Positions 10,579-19,242 of a DNA stretch of 43,101 nt are shown here, in pieces. Numbering within the stretch: position 1 is the first letter of the stretch; each line of letters starts with the position of its first letter. The notes under the pieces were generated by a model, which saw only the letters and a list, made by a program, of their open reading frames with translations, was not told where the DNA came from and ran no database searches. A program made the position numbers and the translations under genes. The stretch comes from a virus (lineage: Duplodnaviria; Caudoviricetes): positions 1 through 43,101 of the IMG/VR virus record IMGVR_UViG_3300027283_000078, one strand, 5' to 3'.

Positions 10579-11988
10579 ATGACCGTGACAGCCGTAGCTT
10601 TGACGTGCTTCGGCGCGCTGCTGGTTCTGGCACTGGCGATCAACTTCCGGCGAAGCCGAACGCCGACATTCCTGTTCTTTTTCACGGTGATGTTCGTTCT
10701 GTCGTACGCTGTCGCCCCCGTGACCCTGATTGCCTGGGGGACGCCACGGGCTTTTCCCTATCCGACTCGGTTCCTGCAGCCTGAAGCGCCACTTGCCGTC
10801 GTCGCGATTATTGCCTGCTACATCGTGACCTATGTCGCCTACACATCCCCACTTGGGGCGACTGCTGCCGCTCATGTTAGCCTCAGATGGCGCGTATCCC
10901 GCGGGATCTCGCATTCTCTGTACGCGATGCTCCTCGTGGCCGGGGTCGGCGGGATGGCGATCTTCATCCATCGCTATGGCGGCCTTGATGCGGTTCTCGC
11001 GGCAGCATCCAGAATCCGGTCCGGTGCCGTCGAGCGCGACAATCTCGGAGCCATCGCCCGGATGTTCGGTATCTGCCTGCCCTTCGCGTTCTGGATCTAC
11101 TTCGCGCGCTTCTATGTGCGGTTGCATGCGGATGGCATCCGCATGTTCCGGTACGTCGCCCCGAACCTCCAGCTGGTCGTCATCGCCGGCCTTGCCGCGA
11201 TAGCCATATGGTACGGCACCATCAGCGCCGGGCGGCTTGGGCTTATCATGATCGCCCTCATCCCCTACCTCACGATGGTGATGGTCAGAGGCGACCTTAA
11301 CCTCAAGGTTCTTGTGCCGCTCGTGGTCGTCGCGGCCGGCGTGATCCTCTTCGGCAAGACGGTTATTTTCGCGTCGCTCCTTGGTCCGGACGACATCGTC
11401 AGCGCAATCGCCCTGGCGGTGGAATTGATCGACCTCAGAGCGGCGGTGCTGGCGATCGTCATGGAGTTCGCCCACCCGTTCATTTCGCTGAACGCAGCGA
11501 TCTCCCATGTCGCGTCCGACGTCTCGCCGCGATATTTTGGGGAATGGCCGCTTGGGATCCTCTTTTATCTCAAGCTGTTCGGCCTGTCCGTTCCCGACAG
11601 CATCGCATATCTCAACACTTACCTTATTCGCGGGGAATGGGAGAGCACGGTGCCGCCGGGGATCGTGGCGCTTTTCTGGTATGAGGCGACGCTGCCCGGT
11701 GTGCTGATCGAATCTACCGTCTTCGGAATTGCCGGCCGGTTCTTGAACGACCTTCTGCTGCGCGTCGGGACGGATCGTCCGGCTCTGCTGCCCTTCTACC
11801 TCTATGCCGGCTTCAATTACGGGGGCTTCGTCGTGTATGGCGAGCCGCGGGTGATGGTGATGGCGCATGGCGTTCCGATTCTCGCGGCGGCGGTTGTTCT
11901 GCTGTTCTGCTACCAGATGACCTTTCATGTGCGGCGAAAGACGGCGCTCAAGCGTCCGTCGCCCCAGACCACCCCGGCTGCATCTTGA
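10579..11988 (+). CDS. Multi-pass membrane protein, Wzy-like polysaccharide polymerase
   Basis: About 11-12 hydrophobic segments; SAGRLG loop; periplasmic loop ...STVPPGIVALFWYEATLPGV resembling Wzy; GGAG RBS. Confidence 0.65.
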   Translation: MTVTAVALTCFGALLVLALAINFRRSRTPTFLFFFTVMFVLSYAVAPVTLIAWGTPRAFPYPTRFLQPEAPLAVVAIIACYIVTYVAYTSPLGATAAAHVSLRWRVSRGISHSLYAMLLVAGVGGMAIFIHRYGGLDAVLAAASRIRSGAVERDNLGAIARMFGICLPFAFWIYFARFYVRLHADGIRMFRYVAPNLQLVVIAGLAAIAIWYGTISAGRLGLIMIALIPYLTMVMVRGDLNLKVLVPLVVVAAGVILFGKTVIFASLLGPDDIVSAIALAVELIDLRAAVLAIVMEFAHPFISLNAAISHVASDVSPRYFGEWPLGILFYLKLFGLSVPDSIAYLNTYLIRGEWESTVPPGIVALFWYEATLPGVLIESTVFGIAGRFLNDLLLRVGTDRPALLPFYLYAGFNYGGFVVYGEPRVMVMAHGVPILAAAVVLLFCYQMTFHVRRKTALKRPSPQTTPAAS

Positions 11989-12274
11989 GCGCCCGGTAGT
12001 AGACCTTTCGCAGATCGTCGAGGGCCACGCTGCCCGCGACACATTCGTTGAGCGCCACCGTCAGGTCCGCAAATGGCACGACGACGATGCGCGTCTCGAA
12101 AGGCTGGGCCGTTTCGAGCACCGCCGCACTTGCGTACCCGTCCACCAGCAGCACGACGGGGGACGGATCGGCGCCGCGCGGATAGTCCTGTTGCGGCTGG
12201 TGCCGGATGCGCCAGTAAGCGGCCGGAGCCGAGAACCCTTGGGGAGTAGCGGTCGCCAGTACCAGGGCCATCAC
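11948..12274 (-). CDS. Small tail-associated/tail fibre assembly-like protein
   Basis: Start overlaps the tailspike stop (GTGA); ends WSGATDA like many post-fibre small proteins. Confidence 0.55.
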   Translation of the reverse strand: MMALVLATATPQGFSAPAAYWRIRHQPQQDYPRGADPSPVVLLVDGYASAAVLETAQPFETRIVVVPFADLTVALNECVAGSVALDDLRKVYYRALKMQPGWSGATDA

Positions 12275-14016
12275 GCGATCCTCGCTCGCCAGTGAATGTT
12301 GACGGCGGTGGCTGCAAGGGCAGAACCGGCCGCGTCCATGATGCGGACCTTGAAGGTGGTCGCGTCGACCGAGTGCGGCTGCGCTTGGCGGAATGTCGCG
12401 CCCGAAGCCGACGCCATGACGATGAGCGGGGCGGCCAGCATCCCGTGGGTGACGGTGATATCGCCGCTGCCGTCGGTGGTGCCGGAGACGAAGCCTTCGT
12501 TATCGGTGCGATAGCCGTTGATCACGTTGCCGTCGTAGATCAGCGTCGTGATCGTGTTCCGCGTCCAGCTCCCCGCCTTGTTGTCCTTGACCCAGACCGT
12601 CGTGTTGGAACTGGTATTCAGCTCGCCCGCGACCTGGTTGCCCTTGGCGGTCACCACCGTGCAGGCCGTCAGGACCAGCTTCTCGGCCACGGCGTCATGC
12701 GCGAACACCTTGCCGGCCTGGAAGACGCGCTGCCCGCCGGCGAAGCCCGTGCTGTAGTTTCGGGACATCCAGCAGTTGTCGAGGTTCGTGCCCCCGATCA
12801 CGAAGATGCTCTCGCTGGTGGTGCCCACCGCATCGGTGAAGCTGTTCTCCTCGATCCAGAGATTCTCGAGGGCACTGCCCAGCAGCGTCACCTCGACGGC
12901 GTAGCCGGTGAGCGCGGCGTCGTCCCGATACCCCTTGTTGCCGATGATCCGGTGGTGATCACCGGCCGCGTTGGTGTCGCGGATGAAGCGCGCGCACTCC
13001 CGCAGATCGTTCCCGGCGATCTCCAGGTTGTTGCCGCACCGGAGCGCCCAGACGCCGGCCGTCGTCGCCTGGTGGACGATGTTATCGTTGATCCTGACGT
13101 CGTCGGCGCCGCCGACCAGCATGTTGCCGTTGACCAGGACGCCGATCGAGCAGTCGCCGTTGCCGTTGATATCGTTCCCGGAGAAGTCGATACCGCGGCA
13201 GACGGTCGGCTGCTTCAGCGTGCCGATGTCGAGCCGCAGCGGCGCGGCCGACCCGTACACGTCGATGCGGTTCCTGAGCACCGAGATGTTCAAGAACTTC
13301 GAGTTCTGGTTATTCGGCTCGAAGTCGATGGCGGCCGAGATGTTGGACTTGAAGTCCGAGTCGCTGGTGATGACGTTGTCGTGAACCCGGATGTCCATAC
13401 CGGTCACGCAGGCGAAGCTGTTCCGCTTCACATTGTGGAACCGGTTGTACTGGACGGTCACGTCGCGCGGCGTCACGGTACCGCCGATCGTCTCGCCCAC
13501 ATAGACGCCGTCGCCCTTGATGTTCTCGAAGGTGCAGTGCATCACCCGCAGCCTTGCGACGCTGCGGGCGAGGACGGCGAGCGCCAGGTCCGAATAATCG
13601 GCCGTCGACGGCGACGACAGATATCCGCCGTTGAACCTGATGCCGTAGAGCTCGGCCTCGCAGTCCTCCTGGACCTCAAGCAGCGGCTGGGTGCGCGTCT
13701 CGCTCCAGAGGATCGAGGCGCGCCCGATGATGACCGTCTTGTTCGGCACGACGATCTTCTCGTCGTCCCCGAGATAATAGCTGGCACCGTCCTTCAGCCG
13801 CAGGACGCCGCCCCCGGCAGCTCCGATCTCGGCGAGCGCCGCGCGCACCGGATCGTCGTCATTCGCCGCGCCATTGCCGCTCGCGCGGAACATCTCGGGC
13901 GAGACGAAAACTTCCTGCGCCTGCATCCAGCGCACGAAGTCGGCTTGGCTGAGAACGGTCTTCCGGGTCGTCGGTCCGCCGAAGATCTCGGTCGCCGTGA
14001 GGATGCGGTTTGCCAT
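12271..14016 (-). CDS. Tailspike/depolymerase (pectate-lyase-3-like beta-helix with C-terminal lectin-like domain)
   Basis: SPEMFRASGNGAANDD...GGGVLRL, GDGVYVG, AIDFEPN, Asn-ladder coils; C-terminal VTHGM..P...TTFKV...IHWRA. Confidence 0.8.
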   Translation of the reverse strand: MANRILTATEIFGGPTTRKTVLSQADFVRWMQAQEVFVSPEMFRASGNGAANDDDPVRAALAEIGAAGGGVLRLKDGASYYLGDDEKIVVPNKTVIIGRASILWSETRTQPLLEVQEDCEAELYGIRFNGGYLSSPSTADYSDLALAVLARSVARLRVMHCTFENIKGDGVYVGETIGGTVTPRDVTVQYNRFHNVKRNSFACVTGMDIRVHDNVITSDSDFKSNISAAIDFEPNNQNSKFLNISVLRNRIDVYGSAAPLRLDIGTLKQPTVCRGIDFSGNDINGNGDCSIGVLVNGNMLVGGADDVRINDNIVHQATTAGVWALRCGNNLEIAGNDLRECARFIRDTNAAGDHHRIIGNKGYRDDAALTGYAVEVTLLGSALENLWIEENSFTDAVGTTSESIFVIGGTNLDNCWMSRNYSTGFAGGQRVFQAGKVFAHDAVAEKLVLTACTVVTAKGNQVAGELNTSSNTTVWVKDNKAGSWTRNTITTLIYDGNVINGYRTDNEGFVSGTTDGSGDITVTHGMLAAPLIVMASASGATFRQAQPHSVDATTFKVRIMDAAGSALAATAVNIHWRARIA

Positions 14017-14028
14017 GTCTATCCCCGC

Positions 14029-14616
14029 TCAGGCGATGCGCTCGAAGACCACGACGATGACCAGGGCGCCGGCCGTGTAGTCGGCGCTGCCGCCGCTGTA
14101 GACGGCGCGGACGGCCTGGCTCGCGACGGATGCCTGGGCGAGGTTCGCGCCCGCCGGCCAAGGCACCAGCGTGTCGCCCCAGCGCGCCGGCGCCAGGCTC
14201 GCCAGCGAAGCCGCCGGCAGGACGGACCATGTCGACGTGCCGTCGGTGATCGCGATGTTCCGGTCGCCACCGCCGCCGGAGAAGTTGGTGACGGCCCCGG
14301 AGACGAAGAGGTCGCGGATCCGGTACTGGTGGCCAGACACCGCGGGGATCAGCGGCACGACGCCGGCTGCCGCGAGCGCCGCCTGGCCGACCGAGACCTG
14401 GGTGGCATAGACCCCGCCGATCGTCTTTGCTGTGCCGCCGAGGGTGACGCCGTCGATCGCGCCGCCGGTGAAGGCGATGTCGTCCGAGGACTGCTCGATG
14501 ATCGGATCGGCCGGCACGGTCCAGCGCACGGTCTGGCCGCCCTGCACGATGGGCACCAGCTCCCCGCCCGCGATCGCCGACGCCGGCGGCAGCGAACTCA
14601 TCTTCACGTCAGCCAT
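14029..14616 (-). CDS. Tail appendage/adaptor protein
   Basis: N-terminal MADVKMSSLP...GGELVPIVQGG motif common in tail-appendage proteins; TGGAIDGVTLGGT repeat. Confidence 0.65.
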   Translation of the reverse strand: MADVKMSSLPPASAIAGGELVPIVQGGQTVRWTVPADPIIEQSSDDIAFTGGAIDGVTLGGTAKTIGGVYATQVSVGQAALAAAGVVPLIPAVSGHQYRIRDLFVSGAVTNFSGGGGDRNIAITDGTSTWSVLPAASLASLAPARWGDTLVPWPAGANLAQASVASQAVRAVYSGGSADYTAGALVIVVVFERIA

Positions 14617-14625
14617 CAGGGAACC

Positions 14626-15543
14626 TCACAGGTTGAGATCTTCGGTCAGGGAGACTTCGTAGGTCGACACGACGGGGGCGCGCGTCGGGTTGCGTGCGGC
14701 ATCGGAACTGTCGATCCGCATGCGGGCGCGTGCCGGGAACAGCAGCGGACCGGGCACGACCGGCGTCCTGAGCCGCGGCCGGACCATCAGCACGGCATTG
14801 CCGTTGGCGTCCGAGATGGCGTCGGCCGCCACCTCGTGCGCGCGGCCGGGGCTCGTCTGGATCAGGTCGCCCGCCTTGAAGGCAACGACGGAAGGCGCCA
14901 AGCCAGTGACGCCGACCGTCGAGCCGCCGGTCGCGCCCGACGAGAGGGCGACCGCTTCCGGCGCGTCCGGGTCGTCCATGAACTCGAAAAGCGCCGCCGC
15001 TTCTTCTGCAAGGAGCGCCCACGACGGGCCGCCGGGCAGCGTGCTGTCCTCCGTCACCAGCCGGTCGCCGGCCTCGGTCAGCAGTGCGCCGACGTCGCCT
15101 TCGATCGTCTCGTCCTGCAGGACGTCGCCCGCCTCGGTCAGGAGCCGGTCGGCGGCCTCGGTCAGCAGTGCGCCGACGGCGATGCTCGTCGCGTCCCAGA
15201 CGGTGCCGCTGTCGAAATAGATCAGCGTGTCGCCGGCGAGCTGCTCGTCCAGCCAGTCGCGATAGGATCGATACTCCGCGCTCGAGGGTCCGAGCCGGCG
15301 GAAGTCGGGCATCAGGACGGTCTGGATGCCGCCCTTCATCGACGACATGAGCGCGTCGAATGCGATCGCGCTGTCCCGCTTGTACCGGCCGATCGTGACC
15401 TTTGCGGTCCACCGCTCGGCACCCGGCCGGCCCATGACCTGCTGCTGGCGTGTGAAGGTCGAGGTCGTCCGGCTGGTCGCCCAGTCGAGCCAGAATTCCT
15501 GATTTTCGGGGATGGCCGTCAGAGGCCATTCGATGTCGGCCAT
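14626..15543 (-). CDS. Distal-tail-like protein with LLTE-repeat insertion
   Basis: True start MADIEWP at 15543 coupled to the upstream stop (TGATG); STFTRQQQ...WTAKVT, FKAGDLI, VRPRLR, ending EDL are Dit-like. Confidence 0.7.
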   Translation of the reverse strand: MADIEWPLTAIPENQEFWLDWATSRTTSTFTRQQQVMGRPGAERWTAKVTIGRYKRDSAIAFDALMSSMKGGIQTVLMPDFRRLGPSSAEYRSYRDWLDEQLAGDTLIYFDSGTVWDATSIAVGALLTEAADRLLTEAGDVLQDETIEGDVGALLTEAGDRLVTEDSTLPGGPSWALLAEEAAALFEFMDDPDAPEAVALSSGATGGSTVGVTGLAPSVVAFKAGDLIQTSPGRAHEVAADAISDANGNAVLMVRPRLRTPVVPGPLLFPARARMRIDSSDAARNPTRAPVVSTYEVSLTEDLNL

Positions 15544-16232
15544 CAGCTCACCACCGCCAGTTTGCGGGAGACGCCCGCGTCGTCCGTGATCGTGATGTAT
15601 TCGGTCACCGTCTCCGTCGTGATCGACGCGACGGTTCCGAAGCGGAGGGTTCCGGTCGCCCGCAGGTCGGTGAAGGTGCCCGCCGCCGGGGTGGTGCCGC
15701 CGATCGCACCGGGCACCGCGCGATCGAGGATCGGCGCGACGAAACCGAGCAGGGCCAGCACCGCCGCCGCGTCCAGCTGCTCGACGGCGCCGGTGCCGGT
15801 CGTGACCCTCCCGAGCAGCCGGTCGGCATCGATCGTGATCTGGAGTTCCTGGGAGCCGGTGAAGGCCAGCGGGGCGACGGGCGCGATCTCCTCGACGTCG
15901 CCCTTCCCGGCCGTGTCGCGCCCGAGCAGCCGGTCGCTGCTCACCTTGATGTTGGCGGGCGGCGCCAGGATCGGGTCGAACGCGAAGAAGGCGGAGGGAT
16001 TGCCGTAGCGGTCGATGGCGCGCGCCCAATACCAGTAGGTCATGCCGGCGACGGCCGAGGTGTCCTCCCACCGCGTGTTCGTCACGCGCTCGCCGACCAG
16101 CTCGGCGGACCGCGTCACCCGCGCCGGCGGGCTGTTCGGAGAAGTGATGTCGGCCGTGTGGCGCCAGACCTCGAAGTGGCTGAAGCCGGGTTCGCGCTGA
16201 TAGCCCGTTATGCCGACGCGGATGTACGGCAT
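15543..16232 (-). CDS. Tail protein, FN3-like plus RLLGR repeats (probable C-terminal part of the tail-tip protein)
   Basis: FEVWR...TYWYWARAIDRYGNPS FN3 signature; DRLLGR twice; in frame with the upstream tail-tip ORF across one TGA. Confidence 0.75.
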   Translation of the reverse strand: MPYIRVGITGYQREPGFSHFEVWRHTADITSPNSPPARVTRSAELVGERVTNTRWEDTSAVAGMTYWYWARAIDRYGNPSAFFAFDPILAPPANIKVSSDRLLGRDTAGKGDVEEIAPVAPLAFTGSQELQITIDADRLLGRVTTGTGAVEQLDAAAVLALLGFVAPILDRAVPGAIGGTTPAAGTFTDLRATGTLRFGTVASITTETVTEYITITDDAGVSRKLAVVS

Positions 16233-16235
16233 CGG

Positions 16236-18188
16236 TCAGGCCGCCAGCGAGCCGGCGGCAGGCGCCCGCGGCGTCTGCTTGTTGTCGTCGGGCAGCTTCG
16301 GATCGCCGACCTCCGGCATCTCGACCAGATCCGGCTGGGCGTAGACGGAGGCCGCATCGTCCTTCAGCGTCACCTCGATGACCGGGTGGCCGTCGTCGCC
16401 TGTCGTGAACGTCCACCCGTGGCAGATCATGGTGCGCGCCGAGAGGCCGTCGCGCCTGGACGTCAATCGCACGCCGTCCGTCGCGCGGGCCTTCATGCCG
16501 GTCAGGCCGAGGGTGGTTTGGAAGACGCCCTGCTGACGCACCTGCCGCAGCGCAATCCAGGCGAGGCGCTGGCACTGGTAGGGGCTCGGCACGAAGGCGA
16601 GATCGAGCGTCTCCAGCAGCTCGTTGCCGTTGTCGTCGGCGACCGCCTGCGCGTCCTGGCACTGCGGATAGTCGATCGGCTGCCACAGATGTTCGGGGCT
16701 GACGAACGTCCCGCGGATAGTGTTGAACAATTCCTTGCGACTGCGCTTCGGCGCCCACGTCTTGGCGCCGACGAAGTCGCTCTCGTCGAAGTCGACGGTC
16801 GGCTCGACCCAGGCGCCTGCATAGACCCGCCACTGGCCGCCGCTGTAGGCGTAGCGCCCGCCCATCGCGGCATTGAGGCCCTGCAGGATCTCGCGCCGGT
16901 CCTGGCTGGTGTCGACGATGCCCCAGCAGCGATAGCGCGACTCGGTGCCGGTCGTCGTCGCCACCGTCTCGTCGCAGATGTTCGCCGCCGCGGCGATCAG
17001 GTCCCAGTCGATTTCCTCGGCCGGCGCCCGGTATCCGAAATCGGCCGTCAGATAGTCGGCGAAGGCGAGAGCGGCGTTGTCGCTGTAGGCGGTCAGGCCG
17101 GTGCGCGGGTCGTAGAGTTTGCGGCCGCGAATGACGACGGTGACCGCCGACCCAATGTCGAAACCCGCAAACGCCTTGGGGTTGGACGTCGCCTCGAACG
17201 CGATGTAGGCGCGCCCGCGCAGCCGATGGTCGGCCGTCCACTTGTCCGGGCACTCCGCCAGCAGCAGCGGGTCGGCCGCCTGGTCAGCCGTCCCGAGACC
17301 GCTGCTGACGCGCAGATAGCCGGTGAAGTCGCCGTTGAGCACCGTCTTGCCATCGGCGATCGACAGGTTGGCGCCGCTCACCGCCAGCGGGAATTCCGGA
17401 TCCGGCTGGCCGTCCCAGGCGATGACGATCCGGCCCGTCGGCGTGAGGATGTCGCCCTCGGACGTCTCGATACCCGTGCCGTCGTAGACGGTCGAGATGT
17501 CCGCCTCGTCGACCCGGCCCGGCTGGCTGCCGGCATTCAGGACGGCGTCGATGTTGGCGAGCGTGGTTTCCAGGTCCGCGCCGATGTTGATCTGCTCGCC
17601 CGTCGCGCCTGAGGCGACGAAGGTGTAGGTCACGCCGTCGAGCGAAAAGGTGTCGCCGGCGGTCGGCTGATCCGCGAACTCGATCGCCGCCTCGGGCGGA
17701 TCGAATTTGCCGTAGGGCTCGGTCGTGACCCAGCCGTCGCCGTTCACCTCGACCTGCTCGTTGTTCACCCACCATTCTTCGATGGCATCGATCTCGGACG
17801 CGGCGATCACCTGCAACTGATAGAACAGTTCGTTCTTGTTGCTGCCCGGCTTCGACTTCGAGTGCCGGAAGACGGTAACGCCGCCAAGGCGCGCCTTGCC
17901 GTAGACGTGCATGTGCGGGCCGTCGGACTGCGTCTCCGCAACCATCCGCCCGCGCTCGGTCGGCTTCGGCGCCTTGGGCTCTTTCGGACCAAACAGCTTC
18001 CCGCCGACGAAGTTGATGGCTGCCGTGATCACGGCGCCAACCAGAGACCCTACGATCCCGCCAATGCCTACAGCAGCCAAACCGCCAGCGGCGGCGGCCA
18101 CCAGGCCGATCGCCGGCGGCGCGTAGGCGGCCGTCGTGCACATCAGCGTCGCGCCGAACACGGCCATGAACAGCGTGCGGCGCGTCAT
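16236..18188 (-). CDS. Tail tip / host specificity (gpJ-like) protein
   Basis: HVYGKARLGG, WTADHRLRGRAY, GRKLYDPRTG, YSDNAAL, FNTIRGTFVSP; ATGA-coupled start at 18188. Confidence 0.88.
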   Translation of the reverse strand: MTRRTLFMAVFGATLMCTTAAYAPPAIGLVAAAAGGLAAVGIGGIVGSLVGAVITAAINFVGGKLFGPKEPKAPKPTERGRMVAETQSDGPHMHVYGKARLGGVTVFRHSKSKPGSNKNELFYQLQVIAASEIDAIEEWWVNNEQVEVNGDGWVTTEPYGKFDPPEAAIEFADQPTAGDTFSLDGVTYTFVASGATGEQINIGADLETTLANIDAVLNAGSQPGRVDEADISTVYDGTGIETSEGDILTPTGRIVIAWDGQPDPEFPLAVSGANLSIADGKTVLNGDFTGYLRVSSGLGTADQAADPLLLAECPDKWTADHRLRGRAYIAFEATSNPKAFAGFDIGSAVTVVIRGRKLYDPRTGLTAYSDNAALAFADYLTADFGYRAPAEEIDWDLIAAAANICDETVATTTGTESRYRCWGIVDTSQDRREILQGLNAAMGGRYAYSGGQWRVYAGAWVEPTVDFDESDFVGAKTWAPKRSRKELFNTIRGTFVSPEHLWQPIDYPQCQDAQAVADDNGNELLETLDLAFVPSPYQCQRLAWIALRQVRQQGVFQTTLGLTGMKARATDGVRLTSRRDGLSARTMICHGWTFTTGDDGHPVIEVTLKDDAASVYAQPDLVEMPEVGDPKLPDDNKQTPRAPAAGSLAA

Positions 18189-18622
18189 CCGACCCTCCAG
18201 GCGCGCGCGGCGGCGGACAGCGGCAGCCAGGCCAGGCCCTTCGGCTCGCGCGCTACGGCGACGTGCCGGCCGTTGCAGGTGCCGAGCGCCCACCAGCGGC
18301 CGGCGTGGATCAGCACCACGTCGCCCCGCTGCGCCAGCAGGGGCGCCACCTCTTCGGCGCCGAGATCCCGCGCGATCCGCTCCGCCGTCTCGGGCAGCCA
18401 GCCACCGGAGAAGCGCCGCAGCGCCGCGAATGCCGTTCGCCGGTCGTGATAGGTGCCGCGCAGCGGTGCCGCCGGATCCGTGCCGGTGATCGCCCGCACG
18501 GCATCGCATGCGGCCAGGCAGCAGTCCTGCCCGCCGTCGACGCCCCCCCATGAAAAAAGCCGCCCGGAGGCGGCTTCGAAGTGGGCGGCAAGGCGCTGCG
18601 GCCAGTCGGGCAGCCGGTTCAT
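18185..18622 (-). CDS. NlpC/P60-like (DUF6950-type) tail assembly protein
   Basis: RLPDWPQRL, FSWG...DCC, GTDPAA, AQRGDV, AWRV; ATGA overlap at the start. Confidence 0.85.
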   Translation of the reverse strand: MNRLPDWPQRLAAHFEAASGRLFSWGGVDGGQDCCLAACDAVRAITGTDPAAPLRGTYHDRRTAFAALRRFSGGWLPETAERIARDLGAEEVAPLLAQRGDVVLIHAGRWWALGTCNGRHVAVAREPKGLAWLPLSAAARAWRVG

Positions 18623-19242
18623 CCGCCCTCCTTCGGCGACGGCTCGCCCCATGGGAAGCTGGTGTTCGGCAGGGCCGGCGCGTACTCGAAGCCGAGGTCG
18701 CCCGGATATTCCCGCTGCTGATCGGCGCTGCCGTAGATCCGGCGCTGCATCCGGTGATCGTCGCGCAGCCGCCCCTCGGTCGCCAGGGTCAGGCGCGACG
18801 AGGTCGCGTCCTCGGACAGCGTCAGCGTGTCCATGTAGGTCCGGGTCAGCAGGAACGGCTCGCCGACCATCGCCACGGTCTCGACGTCGAACGCGGCGAA
18901 CCAGACTTCGGCGTCCCGGCCCTGGATGTGATCCTCCAGCGCCTGCTGCACGATACCTTCCGGAAGGTCCCAGACCTCCTCGTCATCCGGGTCAGGGTTT
19001 GGCTGGATCGTCGACAGTTCGAAGCTCGCACCCGCGGCGTTCGGCTCGGTCGTCTCCTCGATCTGCGACACCCGGCCGAAGATGCCCGTGCCGAGATAGG
19101 TCTCGCCGCCCCAGACGAGCGGCCCGACGCCCGACCAGACGCGGATCGGCCCGCCCGGCCAGTCGAAGCGCGCCAGCAGCGCGCCGACGAGCTGCGGCTT
19201 CGCGATCTCCGCGGCCGTGGCGGTGTTGATCGGACGGGCCAT
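18619..19242 (-). CDS. Minor tail / hub protein (gpL-like position)
   Basis: RVWSGVGPLVWGGETYLGTG, DQQREYPGDLGFEY; follows the tape measure gene. Confidence 0.8.
   Translation of the reverse strand: MARPINTATAAEIAKPQLVGALLARFDWPGGPIRVWSGVGPLVWGGETYLGTGIFGRVSQIEETTEPNAAGASFELSTIQPNPDPDDEEVWDLPEGIVQQALEDHIQGRDAEVWFAAFDVETVAMVGEPFLLTRTYMDTLTLSEDATSSRLTLATEGRLRDDHRMQRRIYGSADQQREYPGDLGFEYAPALPNTSFPWGEPSPKEGG

Noticed and set aside
10429-12042. 537-aa minus-strand ORF
   Set aside because: Antisense shadow of the Wzy-like membrane gene
12292-16008. 1238-aa plus-strand ORF
   Set aside because: Antisense shadow of high-GC tail genes; Arg/Ala-rich with no motifs
14626-17253. 875-aa ORF as a single protein
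   Set aside because: Only the part from MADIEWP (15543) is protein-like; the upstream part is an off-frame read of tail genes
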